61,892 bases of DNA from a virus (IMGVR_UViG_3300037461_001800:1-61892), one strand, 5' to 3'. Positions 41,921 to 51,692 are shown, counted from the first letter of the stretch. The notes: generated from the sequence alone by a model not told the origin. Numbers and translations are program-made.

Positions 41921-43222
41921 TTATATACCTAGCGCTCTATTGATTAGAGTATCGGTATGTCTCAGGGCATGTTCAAGGTCAAAACATTTTTTCAAACCAT
42001 AAAATCCAAGAGTAGCTATAACGTCTGAATCGAACCCAATAGTATCTTCAAAAGGAATGGTGCTATGATACATAGCATTACGCTGAACTATTTCATATGC
42101 TCGTTTCTTTTCCATTCCAGACTTAACTAAAGCTAACATCACTGATTCACTAAAAATTAGCCCCCCAGTAAGAAGTAAGTTTTCTTTCATACGTTCTACA
42201 TTAATTTCAAGGTTTTTGATTAGATCTGTAGCTTTATCTATCATATGAGCTAAAGTCGCTGTTACATCTGGGGCGATATATCTCTCAACAGAAGAATGAG
42301 AAATGTCACGTTCATTCCATAACGCCACGTTCCTAATTGCGGGGTCTATAGCCCCACATACAATCCTGGCTAGTCCACACAAATTCTCACTGAGTATTGG
42401 GTTTCGTTTGTGTGGCATTGCGGAGGAGCCCGTTTGGCCCTCCCTGAAACCTTCTCGCACTTCCCCGACCTCGGTTCGCTGCAAATGCCTGACTGTGACA
42501 GCGAGCCTTTCGAGGGCTGCGGCGGTCAAACCGAAAGCACAAAACAAATTCGCATGTCTGTCCCTAGACACCACTTGTGTTGGGATAACTTCGGCTTTTA
42601 ACCCTAAACTAGATAAAATCTTATCTTCTAGTTCTGGACTCAGATGGGCATATGTCCCCACGGCTCCAGAGATTGTTCCAACAATATCTTCACAAGCCAG
42701 TAGAACACGCTTTTTTGCCCTATGAACTTCTTGATAATGTCCAGCTAATACTAGTCCAAAAGTTGTTGGTTCGGCATGTTGTCCATGGGTCCTACCAACC
42801 ATAGGGGTGTGTGCATGTTCGATGATACGTGCTTTAAGCGTGGATATAAGATTTTCCATACGTGTATCAATCAAACTACACGCTTCCAATAGTGTCATGG
42901 CAAAAGCTGTATCTACAACATCACTCGACGTAAGCCCGAAATGTAGCCACCTTGCTGGCGTGCCAATTCCTTCTTCTAAATGTCTAAGAAAAGCAACAAC
43001 ATCATGACGGGTCACTTGTTCAATATTAGATATTCTATACGGGTCTATTTCAAAATTTCTATCGGAAACCGCGGTGTTAATAGCTTCCAAAGTCCCAGAC
43101 GGGACTAGACCAGCATGTTGCATAACACAACATGCTGTGGTCTCAATTTTAAACCATAAATTGAATTTATGTTTATCTGACCATAACTCAACAAATTCTT
43201 GTGGGGAATACCTAGGAATCAA
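41921..43222 (-). CDS. purB: Adenylosuccinate lyase
   Basis: IPRYS, RHDV, HFGLTSSD, GRTHGQHAEPTTFG, GSSAMPHKRNP; TTG start. Confidence 0.97.
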   Translation of the reverse strand: MIPRYSPQEFVELWSDKHKFNLWFKIETTACCVMQHAGLVPSGTLEAINTAVSDRNFEIDPYRISNIEQVTRHDVVAFLRHLEEGIGTPARWLHFGLTSSDVVDTAFAMTLLEACSLIDTRMENLISTLKARIIEHAHTPMVGRTHGQHAEPTTFGLVLAGHYQEVHRAKKRVLLACEDIVGTISGAVGTYAHLSPELEDKILSSLGLKAEVIPTQVVSRDRHANLFCAFGLTAAALERLAVTVRHLQRTEVGEVREGFREGQTGSSAMPHKRNPILSENLCGLARIVCGAIDPAIRNVALWNERDISHSSVERYIAPDVTATLAHMIDKATDLIKNLEINVERMKENLLLTGGLIFSESVMLALVKSGMEKKRAYEIVQRNAMYHSTIPFEDTIGFDSDVIATLGFYGLKKCFDLEHALRHTDTLINRALGI

Positions 43223-43259
43223 GGTATTTTCCTTTCAAAAAGAAGTAAATTCTAAAAAT

Positions 43260-43652
43260 TTATTTTCTTCCTGGTGGCTTAAGTGGTCTAGGTAGATTAT
43301 ATGGAAATTCCATTGGTTTACCCATTGGAACTTTTCCAGAGCTCCATAGATTCTTCACACCTAAATCGTCAAATCCTAACCGCTTCCAAACTACATTGAT
43401 CTTTTCACGCTGTAGTTTGGTTATTTTATCAACTTTTTTGTCAAGTCCATCTTTTATCTTTTTAAGTTCTTCCTTTTCTGAATCATCTAAGTCTTTTTCG
43501 TGGCTTAAAAGAACTTCTAGCATGTCAAAATAGTCTGATCTATTCATAAGAACGCCTTTCGTTATTGAAAAGTATTCATTATCGTAGCTCTCTATATCTT
43601 CTTCACAATTTATAGCAACACTAGATACGTCGATATAATATTGTCCATTCAT
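43260..43652 (-). CDS. Hypothetical protein
   Basis: Ends PRPLKPPGRK; start may be 43547. Confidence 0.6.
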   Translation of the reverse strand: MNGQYYIDVSSVAINCEEDIESYDNEYFSITKGVLMNRSDYFDMLEVLLSHEKDLDDSEKEELKKIKDGLDKKVDKITKLQREKINVVWKRLGFDDLGVKNLWSSGKVPMGKPMEFPYNLPRPLKPPGRK

Positions 43653-43656
43653 ATTA

Positions 43657-44010
43657 TTACTGTTCCATAATTTTCCTTACCAAGGAAGTATCTAAAATTT
43701 GGGAAACAACATTATCCCACAGTTTGGTTTGTCTTATTTCGGCTTTATACCGTTCACTTAAAATAAATATACTTTTCGGTGTTTCAAACGGGGAAATAGC
43801 ATCAACAACCGCTCTTGCAGCTCTACGAGCAAGAAGTGACGCAATTACTTCATACGATTTTTCATCTTTATCTGATAGATGTACCCTCATGTCAGGACAT
43901 TCATGATATAAAGGACCAATGCCAATAGCCATACTCCAAACATTTGATTCCTTCTCATGAACAAAAGGTTGGATTTTGTTCAAAGCAGGGAGCTTCAGCA
44001 TTATTTTCAT
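43657..44010 (-). CDS. Hypothetical protein with the shared C-terminal tag
   Basis: GGAGG RBS; ends LVRKIMEQ. Confidence 0.65.
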   Translation of the reverse strand: MKIMLKLPALNKIQPFVHEKESNVWSMAIGIGPLYHECPDMRVHLSDKDEKSYEVIASLLARRAARAVVDAISPFETPKSIFILSERYKAEIRQTKLWDNVVSQILDTSLVRKIMEQ

Positions 44011-44025
44011 GATCCCTCCATTTAA

Positions 44026-44367
44026 TTATTTATTACTTGTACGTCCCACTGCACGTTGTAGTGCCTCAACAGCACAAGTATGGAACTCATTTAACTGTTT
44101 TGGTAATTTCATTCCTGGAAAAGAAAGGATATCACTTAATGCGATATTCTCTGCTTGTTCAACCCATTCATTGAGTTCATTTAGGTCATTGTTCTCGAGG
44201 CCAAATTCGAATATTATCTTATCAGGTGTTCTATTACCAAACACAATTTTCCAATAATCTTCATAATCAATATTTGTATAATCATTCGGGTTAAATATTT
44301 CTCTAAATATTTCCCTAAAAAGTTTGATCATTTTTGACTTATTTGTTACTAGTGACATTGATTTCAT
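44026..44367 (-). CDS. Hypothetical protein
   Basis: 113-aa ORF in a run of minus-strand genes. Confidence 0.6.
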   Translation of the reverse strand: MKSMSLVTNKSKMIKLFREIFREIFNPNDYTNIDYEDYWKIVFGNRTPDKIIFEFGLENNDLNELNEWVEQAENIALSDILSFPGMKLPKQLNEFHTCAVEALQRAVGRTSNK

Positions 44368-44523
44368 AAAATGATTTTGAGGCTTCGAAAAAGCTGATAG
44401 TTAATCTATTTTATGCAAAATAATTGCTAAAGTTGAAACAACTAGATCATAAGCTATGACGTTTCGATTGCACATGGCTCAAATGTCACAAAAAATTTCT
44501 TAGTATATATATACGTTAATATA

Positions 44524-45003
44524 TTACACCGCTTTTGACATTGGAACGCTGCGTTTATCAGTTTCCTCAGGAAATTCATTTACATCAATTATTTCACCAT
44601 CAACAACAATAATGTTGTTAACGTCTGCACTTGGCCCAGAAGACCTAATCATAGCATCTTTCAATACGCGTTTAACCCATAATTCAGGGTCCACTCCAAA
44701 AACCTTAGAAGATTTCGATGTATCAACAGAAATGAATTTACCACGTCCATCGTCGCCCAAGATAGACTTAAAATGTACTTTCCCATTAAAAAGATTCCCT
44801 GACAGTATGAATGTATTACCAAGAAGATTCAATTCAAGTCTAAATGAACACTCATTTAGACTACCATTAATATTTTTTATTGAATATTTGGCAACCCGAT
44901 TCCCAATCTGAACTGTCCCAGTGTCAATTAATGGGATTCCAGAGATTTTTAGAAAGTATGAAAACACCCTTTTAGCTATTCTAGTTATCATTAAACTTGC
45001 CAA
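44524..45003 (-). CDS. Hypothetical protein with N-terminal RIAKRV
   Basis: MITRIAKRV near the start. Confidence 0.6.
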   Translation of the reverse strand: MASLMITRIAKRVFSYFLKISGIPLIDTGTVQIGNRVAKYSIKNINGSLNECSFRLELNLLGNTFILSGNLFNGKVHFKSILGDDGRGKFISVDTSKSSKVFGVDPELWVKRVLKDAMIRSSGPSADVNNIIVVDGEIIDVNEFPEETDKRSVPMSKAV

Positions 45004-45113
45004 ATTATGAAAACTGTAACGATTATATATTTAATTCTTCTAATTACCATTGTTTATGTTGTTAACGATATATAATTTGATTATCTGGCTTCCTATCAAT
45101 ATAAATCAACTCA

Positions 45114-45131
45114 TCCGTATGAAAATACGGA
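45114..45131. other. Intergenic hairpin with a GAAA loop
   Basis: TCCGTAT-GAAA-ATACGGA; no clear U-tract. Confidence 0.35.
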
Positions 45132-45183
45132 CATTATCCAAGTCCATTTATTGTTAACCGCCCTAACGTCAACATCACGTTAT

Positions 45184-45435
45184 TTACCCATTTACCAAAT
45201 CTAACTCAAGATACTGAGTCAATCCCTTGTTACATTGATTTTCAAAAGAGTACACTAAAAGTCTCTTTGACACTTTATAATTTCCATCAACTTTTCTGAT
45301 TCTATTCAAATCTCTCGGATGCTTCAAATTTACCTTGAAGCGTATACACACACCTTCTGGAACAATTGGCATGTCGCTGACTCTATACTCAACGTGTACT
45401 GGAAGATCCTTGAATACTAAATATGTGCGAATCAA
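45184..45435 (-). CDS. Hypothetical protein
   Basis: 83-aa ORF with TTG start. Confidence 0.55.
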   Translation of the reverse strand: MIRTYLVFKDLPVHVEYRVSDMPIVPEGVCIRFKVNLKHPRDLNRIRKVDGNYKVSKRLLVYSFENQCNKGLTQYLELDLVNG

Positions 45436-45531
45436 TGTCTAACTGCCTTCCGTTGTCTACACCACTTCTACTGCTTCTACTGCTTCCACCTTCTCCACTG
45501 TTTCACATTCCATACGTTTCAACATATGAAT

Positions 45532-45852
45532 TCATGCCATATAGCTCTTACTGCGCTTTGATGTATTAGCAAATAATGCGGATCGAAGAGAAAAAAGAGC
45601 AAGAAAACTATTGTTTTCACAACAAGGGGCTACAGATAATGATCTGGCTACTTGTTGCAGCAGGATGGACCAAAAGGAACCAGTCCATCGAGCAGTCCCC
45701 TTTTCTCTAATCTTTCGGATCATGCCTCTGTCTAAAAGAGCGGCTTTTCGCACACTGGTTCTGAGATAGAAAAACCGCAGGGAATAGGCATGCTGTAATG
45801 TCATGTATATTCCCTCAGTCCGCACATTGCAAAAAACAATACAGGTGAACAA
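45532..45852 (-). CDS. Hypothetical protein
   Basis: Fills the gap divergent from 45853; start codon uncertain. Confidence 0.4.
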   Translation of the reverse strand: MFTCIVFCNVRTEGIYMTLQHAYSLRFFYLRTSVRKAALLDRGMIRKIREKGTARWTGSFWSILLQQVARSLSVAPCCENNSFLALFSLRSALFANTSKRSKSYMA

Positions 45853-46608
45853 ATGTCAGAACAGAAGAAAACAAGAGGTGGCAGAGTTAAGATAGACATG
45901 CAGAAAGTCGAACAAGCTGTCCATAAATGCATAAAAAGATTCAGAGGAGCGAACGAAAAACGTTATATGGCAGCACTTCTATACGCCATGCTCACAAATA
46001 ATACGATCCCTATTGATCTACTAGATACGATCCCTACCTCTTCAGATGAAGTTGGAAAAACTAGGTTTGATCAATTATATGATGCTGCAATGAGTATTGC
46101 GTTTCCTAGTTATAGACTGGAAACTCTAGAAAGACTTTTAGGACCTGATGCAGAAATTTCAGAAAATACGAAAATCTGGAGGGTAATCCTACCTCAGAAA
46201 TTCAAGTTGGCCCATGTGCTTATAAGAGCAGACTCTTATCAAGAAGCCTTTGCCCTCGCATGTGACTATGCATGCCGTGCATCATTGCGCGTTTATGGAA
46301 AGATTCCACACGATTTGACTGTAAGAGTAATGTTCATGACAGAAAAAGCAATTCGAAGGAAGCTTGATCTACGATGGGCAAACCGAGTAAATAAGAGAAG
46401 ACAACTACAATTGATTGGACGTGTATATTCTCCTAAAGAGATAGGAGGAGCCAGAGTAGCGGCTATTGGTCCGCCAAGCAGTCCAGCATTCCAGCTTGCA
46501 AGGTACATAGAAGCTAAGGATTTAGGAAAAATTTTAAGGTCAAAAAACTTGGTTCGAGTATCTTCTGTTGAATCTGAAGTATTTATTGAAGAAAATTTAG
46601 CTATTTAA
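45853..46608 (+). CDS. Basic hypothetical protein directly upstream of the purZ-like gene
   Basis: 251-aa ORF on the same strand, 17 nt before 46626. Confidence 0.7.
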   Translation: MSEQKKTRGGRVKIDMQKVEQAVHKCIKRFRGANEKRYMAALLYAMLTNNTIPIDLLDTIPTSSDEVGKTRFDQLYDAAMSIAFPSYRLETLERLLGPDAEISENTKIWRVILPQKFKLAHVLIRADSYQEAFALACDYACRASLRVYGKIPHDLTVRVMFMTEKAIRRKLDLRWANRVNKRRQLQLIGRVYSPKEIGGARVAAIGPPSSPAFQLARYIEAKDLGKILRSKNLVRVSSVESEVFIEENLAI

Positions 46609-46625
46609 AAGTCAAAGGAAAAATC

Positions 46626-47843
46626 ATGAAACAAGGGAAATTCAACGTTATTATAGACGCATTTTGGGGAAGCTCTGGAAAAGGGAAAGTGTCGGCGTGG
46701 CTTGTTGATTACTTCGGAGTAAAAAATATATCTTCGTCGAACTTCCCTAATGCTGGGCACACTTTCCAATTTGGCGAGTATAAGTTTGTCGCCAAAGCTA
46801 TCCCAACAGCACTTGCACTGAAACATGCAAAAGGGATGGGAGTTAAGGGGTGGCTTTCTCCTGCTTCTGGACTAAGTGTGTCGGATCAAATGAAATGGGA
46901 TAGGCTCATTGTTGAATGGGCTCAATCAGGAAAACCTGATCTGATCATTCACAACAGGGCGTCAATCGTAACACCCGAACACGCTCAGGCCGAAAGAGAT
47001 GGAACGGGGTCTACAAAACATATTGCATCAACAATGCAGGGATGCTCCGCAGCTATGATTGATAAGATTCTGAGAAAAAACGAATGTTTGTTGGCAGGAT
47101 CCAAATCGGTTGGGGAATGGACTCCAAATTCCGTCATACTTCCTAACGGGTTATCTTTATCAGAGTCTGATATCGAAGAGTTTGTAACACGAACTATGAT
47201 GTTGGACAGTATGCATTTCAGGATTAGCGTCCAAAGCCTGATTAAGGGTGGCAACATGTGGCTTCATGAAGGGAGCCAAGGTTATGCTTTATCAATTGAT
47301 CACGGATCAAGTTATCCACACTGCACAAGCCGAAATTGCACTTTGCAAAAAGCAATGGACGACATGGCCGTTCCCCCAGACATGGTAGGGGACGTTTATC
47401 TTAATTTAAGAACACATCCGATTCGTGTTGGAAACGTTATAGAAGACGGTGTCCAACATGGATATTCTGGAGATTTTTATCCAGACTGCAAAGAACTTAC
47501 ATGGGAACAAATAGCTGAAGAATCTGGAATGCCTGACGATGAAGCTAAAGCACTAACTGAACGCGAGCGTACCACAGTCACAAAACGTGTACGACGAGTC
47601 TGTTCATTTTCGTTTGTGGGGCTTGAAGATGCGGTAGTAACAAATGGAGCCACAAAGTTGATACTGAATTTTGTTCAGTATCTAGACTGGAATGATTATG
47701 GGCTTCGTGGTGATAAGAAGGCCTTCAACAAATTATCAAAAAAGACTCGGTCCATGATCGATAAAATCGAACAAGTGGCAAATGTTCCGGTAGTTTTGAT
47801 AGGAACTGGCGCCGATCATGAAGATATGATAACACTTATGTAA
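46626..47843 (+). CDS. purZ: PurZ-type adenylosuccinate synthetase homologue (putative N6-succino-2-amino-dAMP synthase)
   Basis: PurA fold (NAGHT, EGSQG..L.IDHG..YP.CTSR, PIRVG, TTVTKRVRR) with GSSGKGK for GDEGKGK and NFVQ for TKLD. Confidence 0.72.
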   Translation: MKQGKFNVIIDAFWGSSGKGKVSAWLVDYFGVKNISSSNFPNAGHTFQFGEYKFVAKAIPTALALKHAKGMGVKGWLSPASGLSVSDQMKWDRLIVEWAQSGKPDLIIHNRASIVTPEHAQAERDGTGSTKHIASTMQGCSAAMIDKILRKNECLLAGSKSVGEWTPNSVILPNGLSLSESDIEEFVTRTMMLDSMHFRISVQSLIKGGNMWLHEGSQGYALSIDHGSSYPHCTSRNCTLQKAMDDMAVPPDMVGDVYLNLRTHPIRVGNVIEDGVQHGYSGDFYPDCKELTWEQIAEESGMPDDEAKALTERERTTVTKRVRRVCSFSFVGLEDAVVTNGATKLILNFVQYLDWNDYGLRGDKKAFNKLSKKTRSMIDKIEQVANVPVVLIGTGADHEDMITLM

Positions 47844-47844
47844 T

Positions 47845-49365
47845 TCACCTAGTTAGTACAAACTTGATTTTTTCTTTCCCGAAGACTTTCTTCCATCCGT
47901 GTTTACTGGCGTAAACAGTTTCCAGCATATGCACTGATCTTGCTTGATTATATAAAGTTTTCTTGTGCATAACCCACCCATCTTTTCTCACATATACGTA
48001 ATCCGGTTTAACCCGGCTAACTTCTTTCCAATTTGAAGCTTTATATATCGTCCCATCATGCCCAAATGTTGTATCTGAAAATGCCACTAGGCTACGGCAC
48101 TGTGGGTATCGATTAAAGAACATGTTGGAAGCGCGACTCAAAAAATATGAGCAAAAATTCTTCTTCTGACGCATCGGATGTATACAAAAACGATCTAACT
48201 CGAATGTTTCTTTGGGCGTTGATCCGATACTAGTGGCGACTTCCTTCCGGGAAACAGGGCTAAATTTCGCCAAAGCTATTATCTGGTCGTTCAACATTGC
48301 TGCAATAGTCATTTTTCCTTGTTTACCGAATTGAGCATAATGCCATGATGACAAGAATTTTTTCGCTTCATTCCATGAAGGTTCAGATATGGACAAATCA
48401 GACCAGGCAAAATCAAGTGTTGGTAGACTTGCTAGTCCGATTGCCTGCTTCAATTTATTCGTATACTCTCCGTTAACAATGTCAAAGTCCCATATATACA
48501 CAATCTTCGAATCTGGCACTGATGAACGCAAATACGAGTATTTGGACCTATCTCTTCTTTCATTATTGGGCAGAGTGTGCCAATATTCTCCTTGGACTTC
48601 AATGAATAAATTCAGCGATGGTATATAAAAATCGAAATTGTACGGCCCGATTGATTTATTGTATATGAAGTCAACCCCAAGATCGGATAATAGGTTTTGA
48701 ACTGAAGTTTCTCCGCTGGACATTTTTCCACCACGTGGAAACCCCTCCAAACCGTTGGCAATTTTTTCTTTATATTCAGGGTTTTTAAAGCGTTCTAAAG
48801 CCAGTTGTCTATGCAACTCCCGATATTCAGTATTGGATAGGGCGGTTTTATGAGCGGCTCTTGCCTCGGGGGTCCATAAAGCTGAAGTTTTTTCTGCGAT
48901 ATATTTGTCTGGGTCGCTGACATACTGTGAACGGTTTCTTTCAGAAACCAGGTTTCTATGTTCCTCGGATTTAAATTTTTCAGAAATTCGTTGCCTTTGT
49001 TTACTGGCATATTCAACATTTTCCCATGCAGCTTTGGACTGGGAAGACCTCTGACTACGACCAGCAGCTGATCTAGCTGCAGCAGAACTGTTTTCAATGA
49101 TCTTTGTGGCAATTTCGGGGTTAGACCATGATTTCTTGGACTGAGAAGAACGGGCAGCTCTCCCCTCTGGGGACCTTGCAATACAAAGCCCGCACCTATA
49201 CACGCCACGCTTTCTCAACGTTCTACAGATCGCCAAGCGTGTTGTTTGTATTGCCGTCCCACAAAGGCTGCATCGAGCAAAACATTTACTGTTGAAACGT
49301 GGCGGTAGGGTATACCCAAATTGTATTGAAGTTTCTTTTTGATCCACGTAATAAGTATAATCCAT
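47845..49365 (-). CDS. Zn-ribbon + DUF559/Vsr-like endonuclease + Mom/Hef-like GNAT domain protein
   Basis: CSLCG/CGLC; DFYIP..IEVQGEYWH; ELDRFC...AFSDxxxGHxGTIYKASNW. Confidence 0.75.
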   Translation of the reverse strand: MDYTYYVDQKETSIQFGYTLPPRFNSKCFARCSLCGTAIQTTRLAICRTLRKRGVYRCGLCIARSPEGRAARSSQSKKSWSNPEIATKIIENSSAAARSAAGRSQRSSQSKAAWENVEYASKQRQRISEKFKSEEHRNLVSERNRSQYVSDPDKYIAEKTSALWTPEARAAHKTALSNTEYRELHRQLALERFKNPEYKEKIANGLEGFPRGGKMSSGETSVQNLLSDLGVDFIYNKSIGPYNFDFYIPSLNLFIEVQGEYWHTLPNNERRDRSKYSYLRSSVPDSKIVYIWDFDIVNGEYTNKLKQAIGLASLPTLDFAWSDLSISEPSWNEAKKFLSSWHYAQFGKQGKMTIAAMLNDQIIALAKFSPVSRKEVATSIGSTPKETFELDRFCIHPMRQKKNFCSYFLSRASNMFFNRYPQCRSLVAFSDTTFGHDGTIYKASNWKEVSRVKPDYVYVRKDGWVMHKKTLYNQARSVHMLETVYASKHGWKKVFGKEKIKFVLTR

Positions 49366-49422
49366 GCAACCATCTTACCATAAAGAATTAGACACGTCTA
49401 TTACATAGACAGGGGGTCAATC

Positions 49423-49797
49423 ATGTCAGTTGTACAAACGTCAAATGAGTCACATGTTAGTTGTGAAAAGACTGAGCGTAAACACTGGAGGGAATTTGTT
49501 AGTCAACGAATTCGCGATACTGAAGATCAAATGAGTTCTAAAGTCTTCGCCGATAATACGTTAACAATTGCCATAGGACCGGATGACCTAACGCACGTAT
49601 CTATCTATGCTTGGCAGCACAAGTTGAGATTTGTTATTTCATTCGAGATAAAAGCCAACACCTCGCCAGAGGACAACCGTGCAAAAGGGGTTGTCAGACT
49701 TCCTCCTCCAACTGGAGATGAAGAAACTGACCTGAAGATTGAAGAAGAAGCTAGAATGTTAGCTGGATTTAAATGGCTTGAGATTCAGCGTCATTAA
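49423..49797 (+). CDS. Hypothetical protein
   Basis: 124-aa ORF with AGGGGG RBS. Confidence 0.6.
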   Translation: MSVVQTSNESHVSCEKTERKHWREFVSQRIRDTEDQMSSKVFADNTLTIAIGPDDLTHVSIYAWQHKLRFVISFEIKANTSPEDNRAKGVVRLPPPTGDEETDLKIEEEARMLAGFKWLEIQRH

Positions 49798-50341
49798 TTT
49801 CTCTTCGTCGTCTCTTCATATGAATCCACAATTGATCTCGATTATTTTGCATATATTCAAAACATGTTTTGAAATACCCGACAACCGGGTAGGCTGCATC
49901 TTTCCTCATTAAAAGTTCCAGAATCGTTTTTCCTCCACTTTCAGAAAAGAGCCATTCCTCATCAATGGGTATATCCGGTTCTTTCTGACTCCAAACGTTT
50001 CCATATGGAAACAACATTAGGACGAATTCCTTCTTTTCAAAATGTGGCTTTGGAAGAGCGATAAACTTCTCCTTGCGCTTAATTGCAAAATACACACCAG
50101 GAGGCAAGTTAACACCTACTGGTGTGGTAGTTACCCATCTCTTTATGCTCATCCATTTAACTTCGGAAGCCTTGTTCCCCATCTGCTTACGACATTGTAA
50201 AGAACAGTTGTAAAGAGCTGAAGGGGATAAGCCACATTCCCACGGTTTGAAGTCGGATGGAACATTTGGGAAAGTGTGCAACGCCTTTAAATGAAAAACT
50301 CCCAAAGCAGAAATTTTTCGTTGTATGTTTGGGTCTACCAT
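49769..50341 (-). CDS. Hypothetical protein
   Basis: 190-aa ORF divergent from thyX. Confidence 0.6.
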   Translation of the reverse strand: MVDPNIQRKISALGVFHLKALHTFPNVPSDFKPWECGLSPSALYNCSLQCRKQMGNKASEVKWMSIKRWVTTTPVGVNLPPGVYFAIKRKEKFIALPKPHFEKKEFVLMLFPYGNVWSQKEPDIPIDEEWLFSESGGKTILELLMRKDAAYPVVGYFKTCFEYMQNNRDQLWIHMKRRRREINDAESQAI

Positions 50342-50352
50342 GGAGAATCACC

Positions 50353-51687
50353 GTGTCAAATGTGTTTTGTTTAACTGGACCTGATGGAAGGCTTTTAGAC
50401 CCATCCTTACAAGCAACCATACTTGCTAAGTATTCACGGTCACCAGATTCTGCAAGAGAAATCCTAGCCAGAATTACGTCGGAGGAGTCTGATAAATTTC
50501 ACGATAAGTGGGTGGTGAAATTTGGACATAGTTCGGTTGCAGAACTAGCTACCATACCGATATGCATGGAAGGTATATCGATTGTTGCATCAAAAGTTGT
50601 TGAGTCAATGCAACGGGGTGCTTTCTCAGAAAAAAGTACCCGATATCAGCGTTTTTCTAGTGAAAGCTTTATCACCCCACCTGGGGGCCCAGATACAATG
50701 AAAGCATTCGCTAGCCGAATGTATGCAGCATATGACAAGCTATACGAACCGATGATGACACGGTGTGCCGTGCTTATGGGTCGAGATCCGAATGATCGTA
50801 AGTCTTTCGATAGGGTCCTGAAAGCCAGGGCTTTTGATAGTCTCAGGTATTTGCTCCCGGCGGGAACTGGAACGAATGTGGCTTGCGTGTTGAATTTCAG
50901 AGATACACGAGACTTGATTTCAACAATGCTGGGACATTCTAACCCTGAAATCCAGAAAATTGGGGAAGATGTGCTTGCCGCAGCAAGTGGAATTAGCCCT
51001 GTGCTTATGCGTCATGCAGTACCAAACGTTTTTGAACCAAAAATTATGTCTTTAGGGGCGTTAAATTCACAATTTATCCCTGAGAGACCCAATTGGTATG
51101 TATCACTTGATAACACAAGTGTATCACAATCAGATGCTAAACAATTTCTCTCGAAACTTATTGAATCTAGGTACAATATGGACTGGGAAACCTTCTCAAG
51201 ACATATGACAGCCAGGCCTGAGCACTTACAAGTCCCAAAAATTTTTGATACAATTACCTTAACATTTGACATCCTGATGGATTATGGGGCTTTCCGCGAT
51301 CTACAGAGACATCGAAAATGTGAACAGTTTGTTGAGCCACTTACGACCCAGTATGGGTTCATGATTCCTGATGACATAGCTGGATCAGATCTCGAATCCG
51401 ATTATGTGTCGGCTATGGAATCGGTAGCATTATATGATGATGACAGGGTCATTTATGACACTGATTTATTCCAATATATGATCCCGATGGGTTATCTACA
51501 TAGGTCATCGTTTCAAATGACCATGAGGGAACTCTATTATATAGTAGAGCTACGAACTCGTCCACACGGCCATATTTCATATAGACGAATAGCCTATAAA
51601 ATGTATGAGCTAGCTAGGAGAAACTTCCCAGACCTTATGGAATGGTGTAGAGCGGTGGAGCCTACATCGATCGGTGATCATGGGTAA
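50353..51687 (+). CDS. thyX: Flavin-dependent thymidylate synthase, long two-domain form
   Basis: AKYSRS, FGHSSVAE, SEKSTRY, FRDLQRHR, ELRT..GHxSYR; probable GTG start after GGAGA. Confidence 0.85.
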   Translation: MSNVFCLTGPDGRLLDPSLQATILAKYSRSPDSAREILARITSEESDKFHDKWVVKFGHSSVAELATIPICMEGISIVASKVVESMQRGAFSEKSTRYQRFSSESFITPPGGPDTMKAFASRMYAAYDKLYEPMMTRCAVLMGRDPNDRKSFDRVLKARAFDSLRYLLPAGTGTNVACVLNFRDTRDLISTMLGHSNPEIQKIGEDVLAAASGISPVLMRHAVPNVFEPKIMSLGALNSQFIPERPNWYVSLDNTSVSQSDAKQFLSKLIESRYNMDWETFSRHMTARPEHLQVPKIFDTITLTFDILMDYGAFRDLQRHRKCEQFVEPLTTQYGFMIPDDIAGSDLESDYVSAMESVALYDDDRVIYDTDLFQYMIPMGYLHRSSFQMTMRELYYIVELRTRPHGHISYRRIAYKMYELARRNFPDLMEWCRAVEPTSIGDHG

Positions 51688-51692
51688 GCTTT

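Noticed and set aside
45455-45495. Short CTTCTACTG repeats
   Set aside because: Only 2-3 degenerate copies; low information
46626-47843. Canonical purA call
   Set aside because: Lacks the catalytic Asp of GDEGKG and the TKxD guanine-recognition motif
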